NCBI GenBank assembly: GCA_041742075.1
Contig: JBGSJJ010000013.1
Location: 1,801-65,800, forward strand
From: Minisyncoccia bacterium
GTDB lineage: Bacteria; Patescibacteriota; Minisyncoccia; Phycocordibacterales; UBA918
DNA: 64,000 bases
Direction of reading: 5' to 3'
In this document: positions 36,040-45,530 of the stretch, in pieces
How the letters are laid out: each line of letters opens with the position of its first letter
How positions within the stretch are numbered: the stretch's first letter is position 1
Program-made: the position numbers and the translations under genes
Notes under the pieces: model-generated
Seen by the model: the letters and a program-made list of their open reading frames with translations, nothing else
What the model was told of the DNA's origin: nothing
Databases searched by the model: none

Positions 36040-36711
36040 TTAGACACCTGGTACTGGCTCTGTCGCTTCTGTAGTTACCGACTCAACTTCTTCTACCTCA
36101 GTGACATCTGACTCAGACGTAGCACTATCTGTGACTTCTTCTGTCGAACTGGCGGTTTCACTTTCTGTCCCTCCTTGGGTTGGGTCGGTAGTAGACGCGG
36201 TTGAAGAGCCCGTTGTCGAATCTGTGGGTGCAAGCACTGAGACAGATTCTCCTGGTACATTTGGTACTTGGTTTTCTGGATCTGATGGTACAAGTCCGAT
36301 TCCGAGCGAAAGTGGCGACGGTGGCGCCGGTACAACGACAGGTGTGCCGTCTGGGTTGGGTTGCATTTTGGCAACTTGCGCCACGATGGTTGCAGAAACG
36401 TCTATCTGCCCCCGATCACTAATACCGATGTAAGCTGAAAAACCGAAGACGACTAGAAATAAGGCGAGACTGACGTAAAGCTGGATTGGGGCAGGGCGAC
36501 GATGGTTGTTAGTAAACTGGATTTCAGTCGGAGCTTTGCGGGTTACGATTTTTTCTTCTTCTCGCTCAGTCGGTGTTGCTACTTTAGTGCGAGAAACTGT
36601 CTTTCGAGGAGCTCGTGGAGCGCGTGGTTTTGGAACTTTTGGCACGTCTTCAACCGTCGACTTAGCGCGCGTTCTAGTGGTTGTTGTTGTGCGTGGTGTT
36701 TTCTCTACCAT
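36040..36711 (-). CDS. single-pass membrane protein with basic cytoplasmic N-terminus and Ser/Thr/Pro/Glu-rich extracellular tail
   Basis: TM helix LYVSLALFLVVFGFSAYIGI. Low-complexity C-terminal region. Confidence 0.45.
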   Translation of the reverse strand: MVEKTPRTTTTTRTRAKSTVEDVPKVPKPRAPRAPRKTVSRTKVATPTEREEEKIVTRKAPTEIQFTNNHRRPAPIQLYVSLALFLVVFGFSAYIGISDRGQIDVSATIVAQVAKMQPNPDGTPVVVPAPPSPLSLGIGLVPSDPENQVPNVPGESVSVLAPTDSTTGSSTASTTDPTQGGTESETASSTEEVTDSATSESDVTEVEEVESVTTEATEPVPGV

Positions 36712-36778
36712 ACGCGAGCTTGTGGCGATATTGTAGCATCTGATACCATAGATACATAATAACCTACTCTTCTTATTT

Positions 36779-37582
36779 ATGACTACATTTTTATTGACGC
36801 TTGGCATATTTGCTTCCTGCGTACTTATATACGTAACGATTGTCTTCTTGCTTGCTCAACTGAAAGGTGACAATAGTATTATGGATATTTTCTATGGTCC
36901 GGCCTTTATGGTCTCGCTGTGGGCAACCATTTTACTCACGCTCTCCATGGATTTAAATACGTACTTAGTGGCACTTTTAGTGACGCTCTGGGCCACCAGA
37001 CTCTCGCTTCGGATTGCGCGGAAAAACTGGGGAAAAGCTGAAGATCCCCGCTACCGAGCGTGGCGGACTGCTTGGAGTCAACATGGAAAAGTGTACTTTG
37101 TACTGCGGAGCTACTTACAGATAAACCTACTCCAGGGACTGGTCGTGGTGGTGGTTGGCCTACCGCTCGTTTTGGCAGTTGTCTATGGACCAACCCTTAA
37201 TCAATCAGTCCTTCTCCTTGGTGTGTGTATCTTTTTCTGTGGGCTTATCTATGAAAGCATCGCTGATTTCCAGCTCGACCGCTTCTTGGCACGAAAAAAA
37301 GCTGGTACCGAACCAGCCACGCTTATGACTACTGGTTTGTTTCGCTTCAGCCGTCGACCAAACTATTTTGGAGAATCTGTCATTTGGTGGGGATTTGCCG
37401 TCATGACCCTCTCTGCCCCGATTGGTTTCCTTGGGCTTCTGAGTCCACTTCTTATCACGTACATTTTAACCAAAGTAACTGGCCCGATGCTCGAAGCAAT
37501 TTTTCTCGAAAAATACCCGGATGAATATAAGACGTATATGAACAAAACCAGCTACCTTGTTCCGTTTCCACCCAAGAAGTAG
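36779..37582 (+). CDS. DUF1295 / steroid-5-alpha-reductase-fold (ICMT-like) membrane protein
   Basis: Multi-TM protein with C-terminal FRFSRRPNYFGESVIWWGF, the RHPNY-type motif of this family. Confidence 0.55.
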   Translation: MTTFLLTLGIFASCVLIYVTIVFLLAQLKGDNSIMDIFYGPAFMVSLWATILLTLSMDLNTYLVALLVTLWATRLSLRIARKNWGKAEDPRYRAWRTAWSQHGKVYFVLRSYLQINLLQGLVVVVVGLPLVLAVVYGPTLNQSVLLLGVCIFFCGLIYESIADFQLDRFLARKKAGTEPATLMTTGLFRFSRRPNYFGESVIWWGFAVMTLSAPIGFLGLLSPLLITYILTKVTGPMLEAIFLEKYPDEYKTYMNKTSYLVPFPPKK

Positions 37583-37591
37583 CCCTACAGA

Positions 37592-37622
37592 TAACGGCCG
37601 TCATGGTGAGTGACGGCCGTTC
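37592..37622. terminator. terminator hairpin (aacggccgtca / tgacggccgtt) overlapping the stop of 37601-38041
   Basis: 11-bp stem between convergent genes. Confidence 0.6.
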
Positions 37623-38041
37623 TTCTTCTTTTTTATGGACAACTCGTGTCCGTCAGTAGCACCATAGGCGCGTGGGTCAGTGGTCGGTACAATACCCGCA
37701 TTTACTAAGAGCAGAAGTGCTTCTTCTGCACGGTCAATTGGTACTACCAAAGCGAAAGAATCAAGTGGAAGCCAGCACCGATTCATATAGCGGATAATAT
37801 CAAGTGGGGGCATTATCCGAAACAAGTTGTGCCACCACTGATGGTGGTTTTTTGGCACTCGAATAACGTTTGGCTCTGTGTCGACACCACCAAGCGCTGT
37901 TGGCAGGCGGTGATGTCTGGTAGTCTCGCGATTCTTTTTCTTTTCAAGCGCTTTCTTGAGCTTGCGCTCACGCATTGCTTCAGCTTGTCGTTTACGCTTT
38001 GAGAGCGCCCTTTTGCAGATAGCCTGCTGACTCGGTGACAT
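37601..38041 (-). CDS. small basic protein with HNH-nuclease-like motif (paralog of 39280-39735)
   Basis: HHRLPTALGGVDTEPNVIRVPKNHHQWWH fits HH..P...GG....N......H..H. Lys/Arg-rich N-terminus. Confidence 0.45.
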   Translation of the reverse strand: MSPSQQAICKRALSKRKRQAEAMRERKLKKALEKKKNRETTRHHRLPTALGGVDTEPNVIRVPKNHHQWWHNLFRIMPPLDIIRYMNRCWLPLDSFALVVPIDRAEEALLLLVNAGIVPTTDPRAYGATDGHELSIKKKKNGRHSP

Positions 38042-38223
38042 GGAGTGAACTCCTCATAAGATCAATTTGCCCTTACTCTATCCAAACCCCAGGTAATTGC
38101 AAGCTTATGTGTAGTGTCGGTTCCCGACTTACATAACGCTTGCACCTTACGTAGACGTTTGTTACTCTCAAAGTTAGTCCCTACGTCCTTTGACGTTATA
38201 GAAGTCCAACTTGGAGACAAGCA

Positions 38224-38769
38224 ATGTGCAAGTCGTTCGTCACTCTGTTGCTGGCAGTCATATTTGGTTTTTCTACACCAGTCTATGCGTTTTTTGATGA
38301 CCTGACTGTTCCAGACTTTAAGCTCAAAGAAGAGGCCCTGACCTGGCCTACACCCCAGAAGTTTGGACAAATTGGTGACGGGAAAGTACGTGTTATTTTT
38401 ACGCCTGCTACAATTCATTTAATTAGTGATCCACTTAAGTATCGGACTGTCTTAAGGGAGTCAGGGCTTGAGCATGCTGTCTTTATCCCATGTGGAGCAC
38501 TTGGTAAACTGTACTGTGATCAGGCTGGTGAAATAATGATTAAGCTAGCTCTCAAACCAGCTTGTTCCTCTTTCTTTTTAGGCCTCATTGACCTGAGTGC
38601 GTATCGAAGAGAAACAAAAGTACCTCTTCTGTTTGGGTCTAATCGATTAATAGTCTATGTCCAGCAAGACGAGTTTGCTGGCGCATCGGTACTCAATCGT
38701 AAAGATTCCAAACCGACGCCTGAACAAGCTAATATTTTTAATGCCTGCGTAGGTGGGGTTATAAGCTGA
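38224..38769 (+). CDS. secreted hypothetical protein
   Basis: Signal peptide MCKSFVTLLLAVIFGFSTPVYA. 181 aa. Confidence 0.4.
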   Translation: MCKSFVTLLLAVIFGFSTPVYAFFDDLTVPDFKLKEEALTWPTPQKFGQIGDGKVRVIFTPATIHLISDPLKYRTVLRESGLEHAVFIPCGALGKLYCDQAGEIMIKLALKPACSSFFLGLIDLSAYRRETKVPLLFGSNRLIVYVQQDEFAGASVLNRKDSKPTPEQANIFNACVGGVIS

Positions 38770-38915
38770 ACATATTTTATGGACAAGCCTTAATTACGGC
38801 TCCGCTTTCTTGAGAAAGTGGAGCCAATTTATTTCTGAGTTTAAACTATTGCAGATTTTTAAATTTCGATTAGTCTAATACTTAGAGAGAACCCTTTGAC
38901 AGGTGAGGTACTAAG

Positions 38916-39209
38916 GTGGATGGAGAAAGAGACTGGCAAGGCCCCCTAGAAAGTCGCACTTTTATTAAACACGTAGAAATAAGTCTAGGTTGCAATTTTC
39001 CAGTACGAACCATACTCATATTTGAAGGTCATGCCGGACTAGTGGCAATGTTTGCCGAAATTGTAAATGGTGTTGGGAAGGTTACACCAATCCCCTCTGA
39101 GTTTCGCCCACGTATTGTTTTAGAGACACTGTGCACTTTTCTTAAACAACATGAACATGCGACGCTACTCACTCTTCGTGGTGATCTGATTGGTCGATAT
39201 GACGCTTAG
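38916..39209 (+). CDS. hypothetical protein
   Basis: 97-aa ORF followed by a strong hairpin. Confidence 0.3.
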   Translation: MDGERDWQGPLESRTFIKHVEISLGCNFPVRTILIFEGHAGLVAMFAEIVNGVGKVTPIPSEFRPRIVLETLCTFLKQHEHATLLTLRGDLIGRYDA

Positions 39210-39212
39210 GTG

Positions 39213-39249
39213 ATACCCGCGGTTTTCAAGATTGAAAACCGCGGGTATT
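39213..39249. terminator. bidirectional terminator hairpin (atacccgcggttttcaa / ttgaaaaccgcgggtat)
   Basis: 17-bp perfect stem. Confidence 0.75.
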
Positions 39250-39279
39250 TAAAACTGTACAGTAGTATGAAACTTCGGA

Positions 39280-39735
39280 TTATTTTTTCCGACCACGTTT
39301 CTTTTTATAGTCTCTTGGTTCGGCTTTACGTTTTGCCACCTCTTCTGCTTTTAGCCGCGCATCCTCTTCACGATACCAGCCTCGCTCTTCATCGCTTCCA
39401 TGATAGCGAAAATGATCTTCCGTAAGGCCAAGCTCTTCAAGGTCGAGCTCAATCTCATGCAAAGACAAAAGCGACTTCAGTACCGCTCTTAGTTTTGCAA
39501 CCTCAATTGGTACCAGAACAGTACGAAGTGGAAGCCAAGTGGTATTCAAGGTAGCGGCGACTTCAAGAGGCGATCTGCTGTCATGAAGAAGGTGATACGC
39601 TCGGTGCTCAATTACTTTTACGACAACGATATTGCCGTCCTTAGTCTTACCTCCTTTTGAGGCTGGATGACGATGATGCTTGTTCTTACCTCGATTCTGC
39701 TTTCGTTTGGCTTTTGACTTATTGTTAGTCGACAC
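39280..39735 (-). CDS. small basic protein with HNH-nuclease-like motif (paralog of 37601-38041)
   Basis: HHRHPASKGGKTKDGNIVVVKVIEHRAYH...TTWLPL aligns with HHRLPTALGG...NVI...HHQWWH...CWLPL of the paralog. Confidence 0.45.
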   Translation of the reverse strand: MSTNNKSKAKRKQNRGKNKHHRHPASKGGKTKDGNIVVVKVIEHRAYHLLHDSRSPLEVAATLNTTWLPLRTVLVPIEVAKLRAVLKSLLSLHEIELDLEELGLTEDHFRYHGSDEERGWYREEDARLKAEEVAKRKAEPRDYKKKRGRKK

Positions 39736-39871
39736 GACGCTCTCCTAAGTAATGACGGATTCCGCACCTAGTATACGGATACTAAGGAAAAAGCAAGTAT
39801 CAGTTTGAAATACTTTTAATTATGCGTATAGTGAGTCTGAATTCGTCCCTTAAACAACTCTGGAGGCAGTT

Positions 39872-40582
39872 ATGACTCATACACAAACTCCGCTCGTGCT
39901 TATTCCGGGCGCCGGCCGTCTCGCCTGCTCGCTTTGGCCACTACAAGCGCTCGTTGACCCGACCTTGATTCCAATTGACTACGAGCGAGGTCTGCAAAAT
40001 AAAACCAAAGCTTCACTTCTCCATCACTACGGCAAACGTGTCTACCGAAAAATCCGCGATCTAAAGGGACCACTCGATATAATCGGGTGGTCAATGGGAT
40101 TTCCGGTAGCACTGAGTGCCCTCAAGCACGCAGATAAGCACCGACCAGGTCTTGTGCGCAAACTTGTTGGCATCAATCCTGGTGTCTATGGAGGCAAACC
40201 GCTCTATAACTTTCACCTTGACCCCAGGTATGTGGCACAAATTTGGTACAGCACACATGTCGATCGTGGTACCCGAACCAACACGGCAGTCAAAAGAATT
40301 CGAAAAAGAATTCTTAAATTTAATTACGTTTGTCGTGAGGATGTTCGAGCGATGATGGAGGCTGGTGACGGTGTCGTGAAAGTACCTACGCATCTTGATC
40401 CAGAGCGGGTTATAATATATTACTCGCCTGAGGACAGTATTATCCCAATACATATCACTGAACATTGTGCTCGTAGAGCCAACTTCAAAGCAGTGGCGAT
40501 TCATGGTTATGACCACGATACACCACTCTTAGATACCGAGGGAATTGTCCTCGAAAGGATTAGGGCCGACTGTAACATCTAA
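39872..40582 (+). CDS. alpha/beta-hydrolase fold protein (esterase/lipase-like)
   Basis: Nucleophile elbow GWSMG (GxSxG). Later Asp and HGYDHD His region. Confidence 0.55.
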   Translation: MTHTQTPLVLIPGAGRLACSLWPLQALVDPTLIPIDYERGLQNKTKASLLHHYGKRVYRKIRDLKGPLDIIGWSMGFPVALSALKHADKHRPGLVRKLVGINPGVYGGKPLYNFHLDPRYVAQIWYSTHVDRGTRTNTAVKRIRKRILKFNYVCREDVRAMMEAGDGVVKVPTHLDPERVIIYYSPEDSIIPIHITEHCARRANFKAVAIHGYDHDTPLLDTEGIVLERIRADCNI

Positions 40583-40597
40583 CCTGTTTTGTAGCTT

Positions 40598-40634
40598 AAA
40601 AAGCCGTGATTTCCAGCAGGAAATCACGGCTTTT
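40598..40634 (+). terminator. terminator hairpin (aaaagccgtgatttcc / ggaaatcacggctttt)
   Basis: 16-bp stem plus T-run. Confidence 0.8.
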
Positions 40635-40707
40635 CCACACCTCACTTGTGTACAGCACAAATATCATGTACACTGTACGATTATCTGGACTTATCTAGAT
40701 AGGAGAG

Positions 40708-40757
40708 AAATCGGACGTTTAGCTTTAAGGGAGCGACGTCCGATTTTTCGTTTTTTT
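40708..40757 (+). terminator. second terminator hairpin (aaatcggacgt / acgtccgattt) plus a long T-run
   Basis: 11-bp stem, then TTTTCGTTTTTTT, about 75 nt after the first terminator. Confidence 0.6.
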
Positions 40758-40895
40758 AAAACCTACCCCCGCTGGAGCCTTGACAGCTAACGCGCATATG
40801 TGATGATACATGCAGAAGTTCTTCAGAACAGGCTTGACCGCCCGCTCCCTTAGGTCAAACCTGCCGAGCCAGCTCATTCTACTTTGGAGGTACCA

Positions 40896-41273
40896 ATGCT
40901 CATACCAGACCTGCCTGCGGAAGAACCAGGCTTCTTCCTTCGTCTCACGATTTTTCCTCGCCACCTCACCCCGAGCGTGTACCTAAAGTATCAGGGCGAG
41001 GTTATTACACTGACTTCATCTCGACCAAATGAGATACTACCTGAACCCAGTCATAAACTTATCTTTATCGGCTGTGGTCGGCTGAAGGAAGCGCTTGTGT
41101 TCTACGTTTCTCCCTATACTTTTGGCGACGGTCTCTTTGACCACACTGTCGATGCCATCTACTCATATGGCAATGAAAAGTTGGATACTCGTACGCTTTC
41201 GCTCCTAACAAAGCGTGGTTGGTCAGAGCTTCCACGGAAACCGCTCGAAGGTGAGGTTCGCGATGGGACGTAG
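40896..41273 (+). CDS. hypothetical protein
   Basis: RBS GGAGG 5 nt upstream of ATG 40896. Overlaps the next start. Confidence 0.4.
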   Translation: MLIPDLPAEEPGFFLRLTIFPRHLTPSVYLKYQGEVITLTSSRPNEILPEPSHKLIFIGCGRLKEALVFYVSPYTFGDGLFDHTVDAIYSYGNEKLDTRTLSLLTKRGWSELPRKPLEGEVRDGT

Positions 41274-41634
41274 AAAAGTTGCTCTACCAAGCGCTGTTGG
41301 CTACATACTCTACCTGACCATACCGGCTCGGAAGTTAGAGCGGGAAGTAATTACTGAGTACAAGGTCGACATCGCACTTACCTTTGTCGTAAAAGTACCC
41401 CTGCCCATACCAAGGGTGCGTGAACGACTGGTGTTTGCCAATACCGGTCTCGTGCATGAAGCCATCGTGTACATAGTCGATGGTGAACATCCTGCTGAGC
41501 AACAACACCGACAAGGTGAGATGGCGGTTTACGCCAATCTTAGGCAACGAGAAAAAATTGACCACCTCACCATGCGCTTACTACTTGATGAGCGTAAATG
41601 GGAACGCCTATCGATCCCTATCCTACTCAACTAA
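41263..41634 (+). CDS. hypothetical protein (translationally coupled to 40896-41273)
   Basis: ATG 41263 overlaps the preceding stop. Followed by terminator hairpins. Confidence 0.35.
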   Translation: MGRRKVALPSAVGYILYLTIPARKLEREVITEYKVDIALTFVVKVPLPIPRVRERLVFANTGLVHEAIVYIVDGEHPAEQQHRQGEMAVYANLRQREKIDHLTMRLLLDERKWERLSIPILLN

Positions 41635-41646
41635 AGCAGGCGAATG

Positions 41647-41682
41647 AAAAAGCCACGACTTTCTGGTCGTGGCACTTTTTTA
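41647..41682 (+). terminator. terminator hairpin (aaaagccacgac / gtcgtggcactttt)
   Basis: Stem plus T-run. Confidence 0.7.
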
Positions 41683-41701
41683 TATTTACTTTAAGACGAT
41701 A

Positions 41702-41734
41702 AAAATGACGGCGACACATGTCGCCGTCATTTTG
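41702..41734 (-). terminator. terminator hairpin (aaaatgacggcgaca / tgtcgccgtcatttt) 3-prime of minus gene 41739-42593
   Basis: 15-bp perfect stem. Confidence 0.7.
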
Positions 41735-41738
41735 GTAG

Positions 41739-42593
41739 TCAGACAATTCCTCCCACATACGAGTAGAAGGTGCCAAAGACGACGAGGATCATTCCCACCC
41801 CGTGCGAGAAATGAAACTGCTCTTTTAGGAGGAACTTAACACTCACTGCGCGCAAGAGTACGTCGTATACGTTATAGACCGCCCAAGCAAAAATAAAGCT
41901 GGGCTGGGCTTCTCCATAACCATAAAAGAACAAACTTCCCTCGACAAAAATTAAGGGTAAGAAGACGAGCCACTTTGACTTAAGGTATGGCCAATCGCTT
42001 CGCCACAACTGCAGCCGCACATAGGGCGAAGAGAAATGGACCGTGACGGGGCTGTAGTAGTTGAAGTAGCCCTTACGAGCAACAAACTCCTCAAGTGCAA
42101 TCAGGACCGCCCCACCAAACAGATAGAGCATCCACCAATCAAGTACCATAACTGACAGTACTTCTTGCGTAATCAGATGACCTTGGAAAAACAGCATCAA
42201 GCCAAGTAGAACAATGCTCCCGAACGTTACGAAGCGATGCACGAGAAAGCTTGAGAGAAGTAGTCCAAGCACCAGAAGACCAATCCCGAGTAACACCATG
42301 CCATTTAGAGGCTCGCCAGCATACACCGTGATAAGGACGCGTGATGCTACCAGCATAGTGATGAAACTACCCCAAGCCATGAGGAAGGTTGGCGCTAACC
42401 GAAACCCCCAAAAGAAGGCAACCCCGGCTAGAAAGAAAACTGGCTGAAGATAGAGATGCGTCAGCCACGACCAATAGGTGTCAAACCACTCAAGCCGGTA
42501 CCACGTTTCGACCACGTGGACGCCAAGCGTGGCACCGACAAGCCACATAATCCATTGCTTATCTTCAATCACGCTGTGCAAAGTCCTTTCCAT
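41739..42593 (-). CDS. polytopic membrane protein, unknown function
   Basis: 284 aa, about 8 hydrophobic helices, Trp/Tyr-rich. An AGGAGG RBS lies in the upstream small ORF. Confidence 0.5.
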   Translation of the reverse strand: MERTLHSVIEDKQWIMWLVGATLGVHVVETWYRLEWFDTYWSWLTHLYLQPVFFLAGVAFFWGFRLAPTFLMAWGSFITMLVASRVLITVYAGEPLNGMVLLGIGLLVLGLLLSSFLVHRFVTFGSIVLLGLMLFFQGHLITQEVLSVMVLDWWMLYLFGGAVLIALEEFVARKGYFNYYSPVTVHFSSPYVRLQLWRSDWPYLKSKWLVFLPLIFVEGSLFFYGYGEAQPSFIFAWAVYNVYDVLLRAVSVKFLLKEQFHFSHGVGMILVVFGTFYSYVGGIV

Positions 42594-42594
42594 T

Positions 42595-42693
42595 TCAGCC
42601 TCCTAAGCTTTTAAAAAAGAGGAGCCCGGAAAGCAAGAGACCAGCGAGTAGCCAAAGATACTGTGGCCATTTAGGTTTACGCGGTAGAGCCAT
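42595..42693 (-). CDS. small hydrophobic peptide (32 aa) MALPRKPKWPQYLWLLAGLLLSGLLFFKSLGG
   Basis: GGAGAA RBS. One TM helix. Its stop lies 1 nt before the next ATG. Confidence 0.35.
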   Translation of the reverse strand: MALPRKPKWPQYLWLLAGLLLSGLLFFKSLGG

Positions 42694-42777
42694 TTTGGTT
42701 CTCCTTGATACTATCTGCGCTATAGCAAAGCACTTTTTAGTTCTCCTATCAAGCAGTTCACTTACCATTTGACATGA

Positions 42778-42812
42778 GAAAAGGTGGGCGCGTACGCCCA
42801 CCTTTGGTTTTG
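42778..42812 (-). terminator. terminator hairpin (aaaggtgggcgc / cgcccaccttt)
   Basis: 3-prime of minus gene 42818-45103. Confidence 0.7.
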
Positions 42813-42817
42813 TTGTC

Positions 42818-45103
42818 CTAGACGTACCACTCGCTCCCGTACTTGATTTCGAGCGACATGATTTGTCCGTTCTTGAAGACAGCGCCGGTTGTTGCCGTCC
42901 AGTCTGACCCGGTGATCGGACCTCTGAAGTAGTGTCCGTAGGCTCCTTTGGCGGTACCGACACGCCAGACATTGAGAAGCTTCTCGCCGGTATGGCCGTG
43001 ACCCACGATGTACTGCATCTTGTTGCCGTAAACCGTGAACGCTCCGAGACTCCGCGTATTGTTTCCCTTCGGCGCAACATCGCCATGTGAGGACAAACAG
43101 ACGCGGTACTTACCGGTCGTCTTCGCGTAGCGTTCGTCTTGACGACCAAGCGCCGTCAACCACGGATACCGTCCGTTAAACAAGACTTCCAGCGCTTCTG
43201 GCGAGACAGCTTTCCGTTTCTCACGGCTTGTTTTGGCCTCCTCGACCCGCCGTGTCGTTTCTTCTGCCATCAGGTAGCAGAGCTTGCTACCGAAGGCGTA
43301 GTTGCGAGAGTCTTCGCGCCAGAGGCACTTCTGAGCCCATTCCGTGAGCCACGCCGGATGGTTCGCAGCGACAATCACAATCTCAGCGTTCGGGAGGATT
43401 TTGTGGTGTTCGACCAACCTCTTCTCAAACGCATCGACTTCTTCTTCCGCCAAGTCAAACCCCAGACCAGCCAGGGCCGCACTCCGACTCATCTGCTTGA
43501 GCCAGAACGGGCAAGCTGGCGAGTCCGTATCGAGGCCATCGTGACGATACACTTCGTCCGGCTTCAGGGTTGGCATAATGCCGTGCTTGCCCCAGAGCGC
43601 TTTCGCAATCTCTGGGTCAGTTGAGGCGTCATGCCAATCCGGTTCAGCCACCGCCACAATGTCGTTCGGCCGATGTTCACTGCCATCGGCAGTATACAGC
43701 CGTGCGCCACCGTGTTTGGGGTCAATGTCGTACACCTCACCCGTCGCCTCATCAAGCATGATGAGTGGACGAGCGAACCACTTACGCTTACCTTTGAAGC
43801 TAATCACCCAAGCAGCAATCTCAACGTCGTTTTGTGTCACGACGCCTCGCGTGCTCTCATGACCGAGCGCATCGACGTTCAAGACCAGGCGAGTAGCCGT
43901 ACCTGCCGTCATGATGTGACGGGTTCCATCTTCACCCTGCAAAGGCAGATGCTTGAACTCGATATTGGTCCCGGCGATGATGCGCGAAAGACCCGACTTC
44001 ATACGCGCTACCCGACCCGAAAGTTTGGTGTAGAGGGTGGGAAGCAAGAACGAACTCACATCGAGAAGCAGTCGACGTTCTTCATAGACGAAGTCCTCAA
44101 AGAGCATAGAGTCTTCGAGTTCCGGCGCGAAGTTGCTCTCCAAGCGACCATCATGCGTTTTGATTGGACCAAAGCGAAGCGGGAGTCCAACAAACGTGTA
44201 GCCAAGTTCATCAGCAATCTTCTTAAACGTTTGGACTGCTGGGATGAAGGAGGCACCAATCTGCGCCGACATGACGACCAAACCTTTGGCCTGTCGCAGT
44301 TGCTTGCGAGAAACCCGGAATCGCTCGATCTGCTCGAGCGCGGCCGGGTGCATGGGAACAATTCGTCCCGTCGTCGGATGCCTGCGACTCAGACGCACAA
44401 GCTGGCGTTCGAACTCAGGATTCTTTTTCCGATAGGAGTCGTACTTACTCCGTAAACGGTCGATACCCTTGAGCGTCAGCATTTCGCCAAGCTCATGCTT
44501 CATGGCCTCGATGAGGTCATGTCCCGAGGTAAGTTTCTTGTTGTTCCAGACCCGAGCGAATTTGGCAAACTGACGGACTTTCTTCGGCACTTCTTGTTCT
44601 TTAGGCTTCTGACCGCCCCACAAGCCAACTTCCTCACGATGCTTGGCGATGAAGTTGCTGAGCATCGAAATAGTGACTTGTGGAAAATTGCCACGCTTCG
44701 GGTCACGCAGTACTTCGAGTAATCGGGTTTTGAGCCGTGCGAGATCATTTTTCTTATAATACCGCCGTGACTCTTCGTAGGCCTGCTTGATGATACGCAC
44801 GTGCACTTCGTTCCAAATACCGGCCGTACCAGCCACATCGTTGGCAGGAATCGAGAGTGTGAACGTGAGATGCTTCGGGTCGGTAATTGGTTCCGGTATG
44901 CCATCCGGAAAAAGCGTACGCCGACGTTGGTTGACTGCGTTTGCAGATAGCCTAAGTCGGTGACCGAGACGCTTGAGCTCTTCATTAAGATCGCGAGCTA
45001 TCTCAGTGAGACCATGTCCGAAACGAGTCCGCTCACTGATGAACGTATTCATCTCGAATGAGAGGCCGCTCTTTACCTTGGCCGCATTTTTAAGCTTACT
45101 CAT
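42818..45103 (-). CDS. large hypothetical protein (761 aa) on a GC-rich segment
   Basis: Long uninterrupted ORF with sensible amino-acid composition, whereas the antisense ORFs are Arg-rich artefacts. A GHGHTG motif near the C-terminus. No confident family assignment. Confidence 0.5.
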   Translation of the reverse strand: MSKLKNAAKVKSGLSFEMNTFISERTRFGHGLTEIARDLNEELKRLGHRLRLSANAVNQRRRTLFPDGIPEPITDPKHLTFTLSIPANDVAGTAGIWNEVHVRIIKQAYEESRRYYKKNDLARLKTRLLEVLRDPKRGNFPQVTISMLSNFIAKHREEVGLWGGQKPKEQEVPKKVRQFAKFARVWNNKKLTSGHDLIEAMKHELGEMLTLKGIDRLRSKYDSYRKKNPEFERQLVRLSRRHPTTGRIVPMHPAALEQIERFRVSRKQLRQAKGLVVMSAQIGASFIPAVQTFKKIADELGYTFVGLPLRFGPIKTHDGRLESNFAPELEDSMLFEDFVYEERRLLLDVSSFLLPTLYTKLSGRVARMKSGLSRIIAGTNIEFKHLPLQGEDGTRHIMTAGTATRLVLNVDALGHESTRGVVTQNDVEIAAWVISFKGKRKWFARPLIMLDEATGEVYDIDPKHGGARLYTADGSEHRPNDIVAVAEPDWHDASTDPEIAKALWGKHGIMPTLKPDEVYRHDGLDTDSPACPFWLKQMSRSAALAGLGFDLAEEEVDAFEKRLVEHHKILPNAEIVIVAANHPAWLTEWAQKCLWREDSRNYAFGSKLCYLMAEETTRRVEEAKTSREKRKAVSPEALEVLFNGRYPWLTALGRQDERYAKTTGKYRVCLSSHGDVAPKGNNTRSLGAFTVYGNKMQYIVGHGHTGEKLLNVWRVGTAKGAYGHYFRGPITGSDWTATTGAVFKNGQIMSLEIKYGSEWYV

Positions 45104-45308
45104 TGGGGGATTCCTTCTCTTCTGGCACGGCTATAGCCGGCGCGAGGGTAGCGGTCGGACGGTTCGGAAGAACCAAGATCCTACCACCTTTGTTGCGGGG
45201 TGCGTTCACGACCGGAGCTTTTGGGGCTCCGGGGCGATGATTTGTATTGGCTGGCGTCTTTGTGAATGGTGGTCGACTTACGCCGTCACCATCACGCTTG
45301 TTTGGCAT
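45096..45308 (-). CDS. small basic Pro-rich protein (70 aa), translationally coupled to the 761-aa gene
   Basis: RBS AAGGTG. Its stop overlaps the ATG of 42818-45103 (ATGAGTAA). Confidence 0.4.
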   Translation of the reverse strand: MPNKRDGDGVSRPPFTKTPANTNHRPGAPKAPVVNAPRNKGGRILVLPNRPTATLAPAIAVPEEKESPNE

Positions 45309-45486
45309 GGCGTTCACCTTTTGGTATGTATATCTCAACGTAAGGGAGCGAGACGTCGAGATAGGGTTGACAAGGAACACAAAGAACATGAAGACGGTAC
45401 TGGCCGTACTTCTCTTAGGTTCTGCTTCAACTATGCCTTATTTGTGTAAATTACTCAACCTGTACACGTGTATACATATATGTCAA

Positions 45487-45517
45487 AAGACCACCCGAAT
45501 GAATCCGGGTGGTCTAG
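45487..45517 (-). terminator. hairpin (agaccacccg / cgggtggtct) 3-prime of 45531-45872
   Basis: 10-bp stem. Confidence 0.5.
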
Positions 45518-45530
45518 GGTGCGTGCCACT

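Noticed and set aside
43139-43149. Long form of ORF 42595-43149 (184 aa)
   Set aside because: It overlaps the 3-prime end of the 761-aa gene in another frame. Only the terminal 32-codon segment with its own RBS is plausible.
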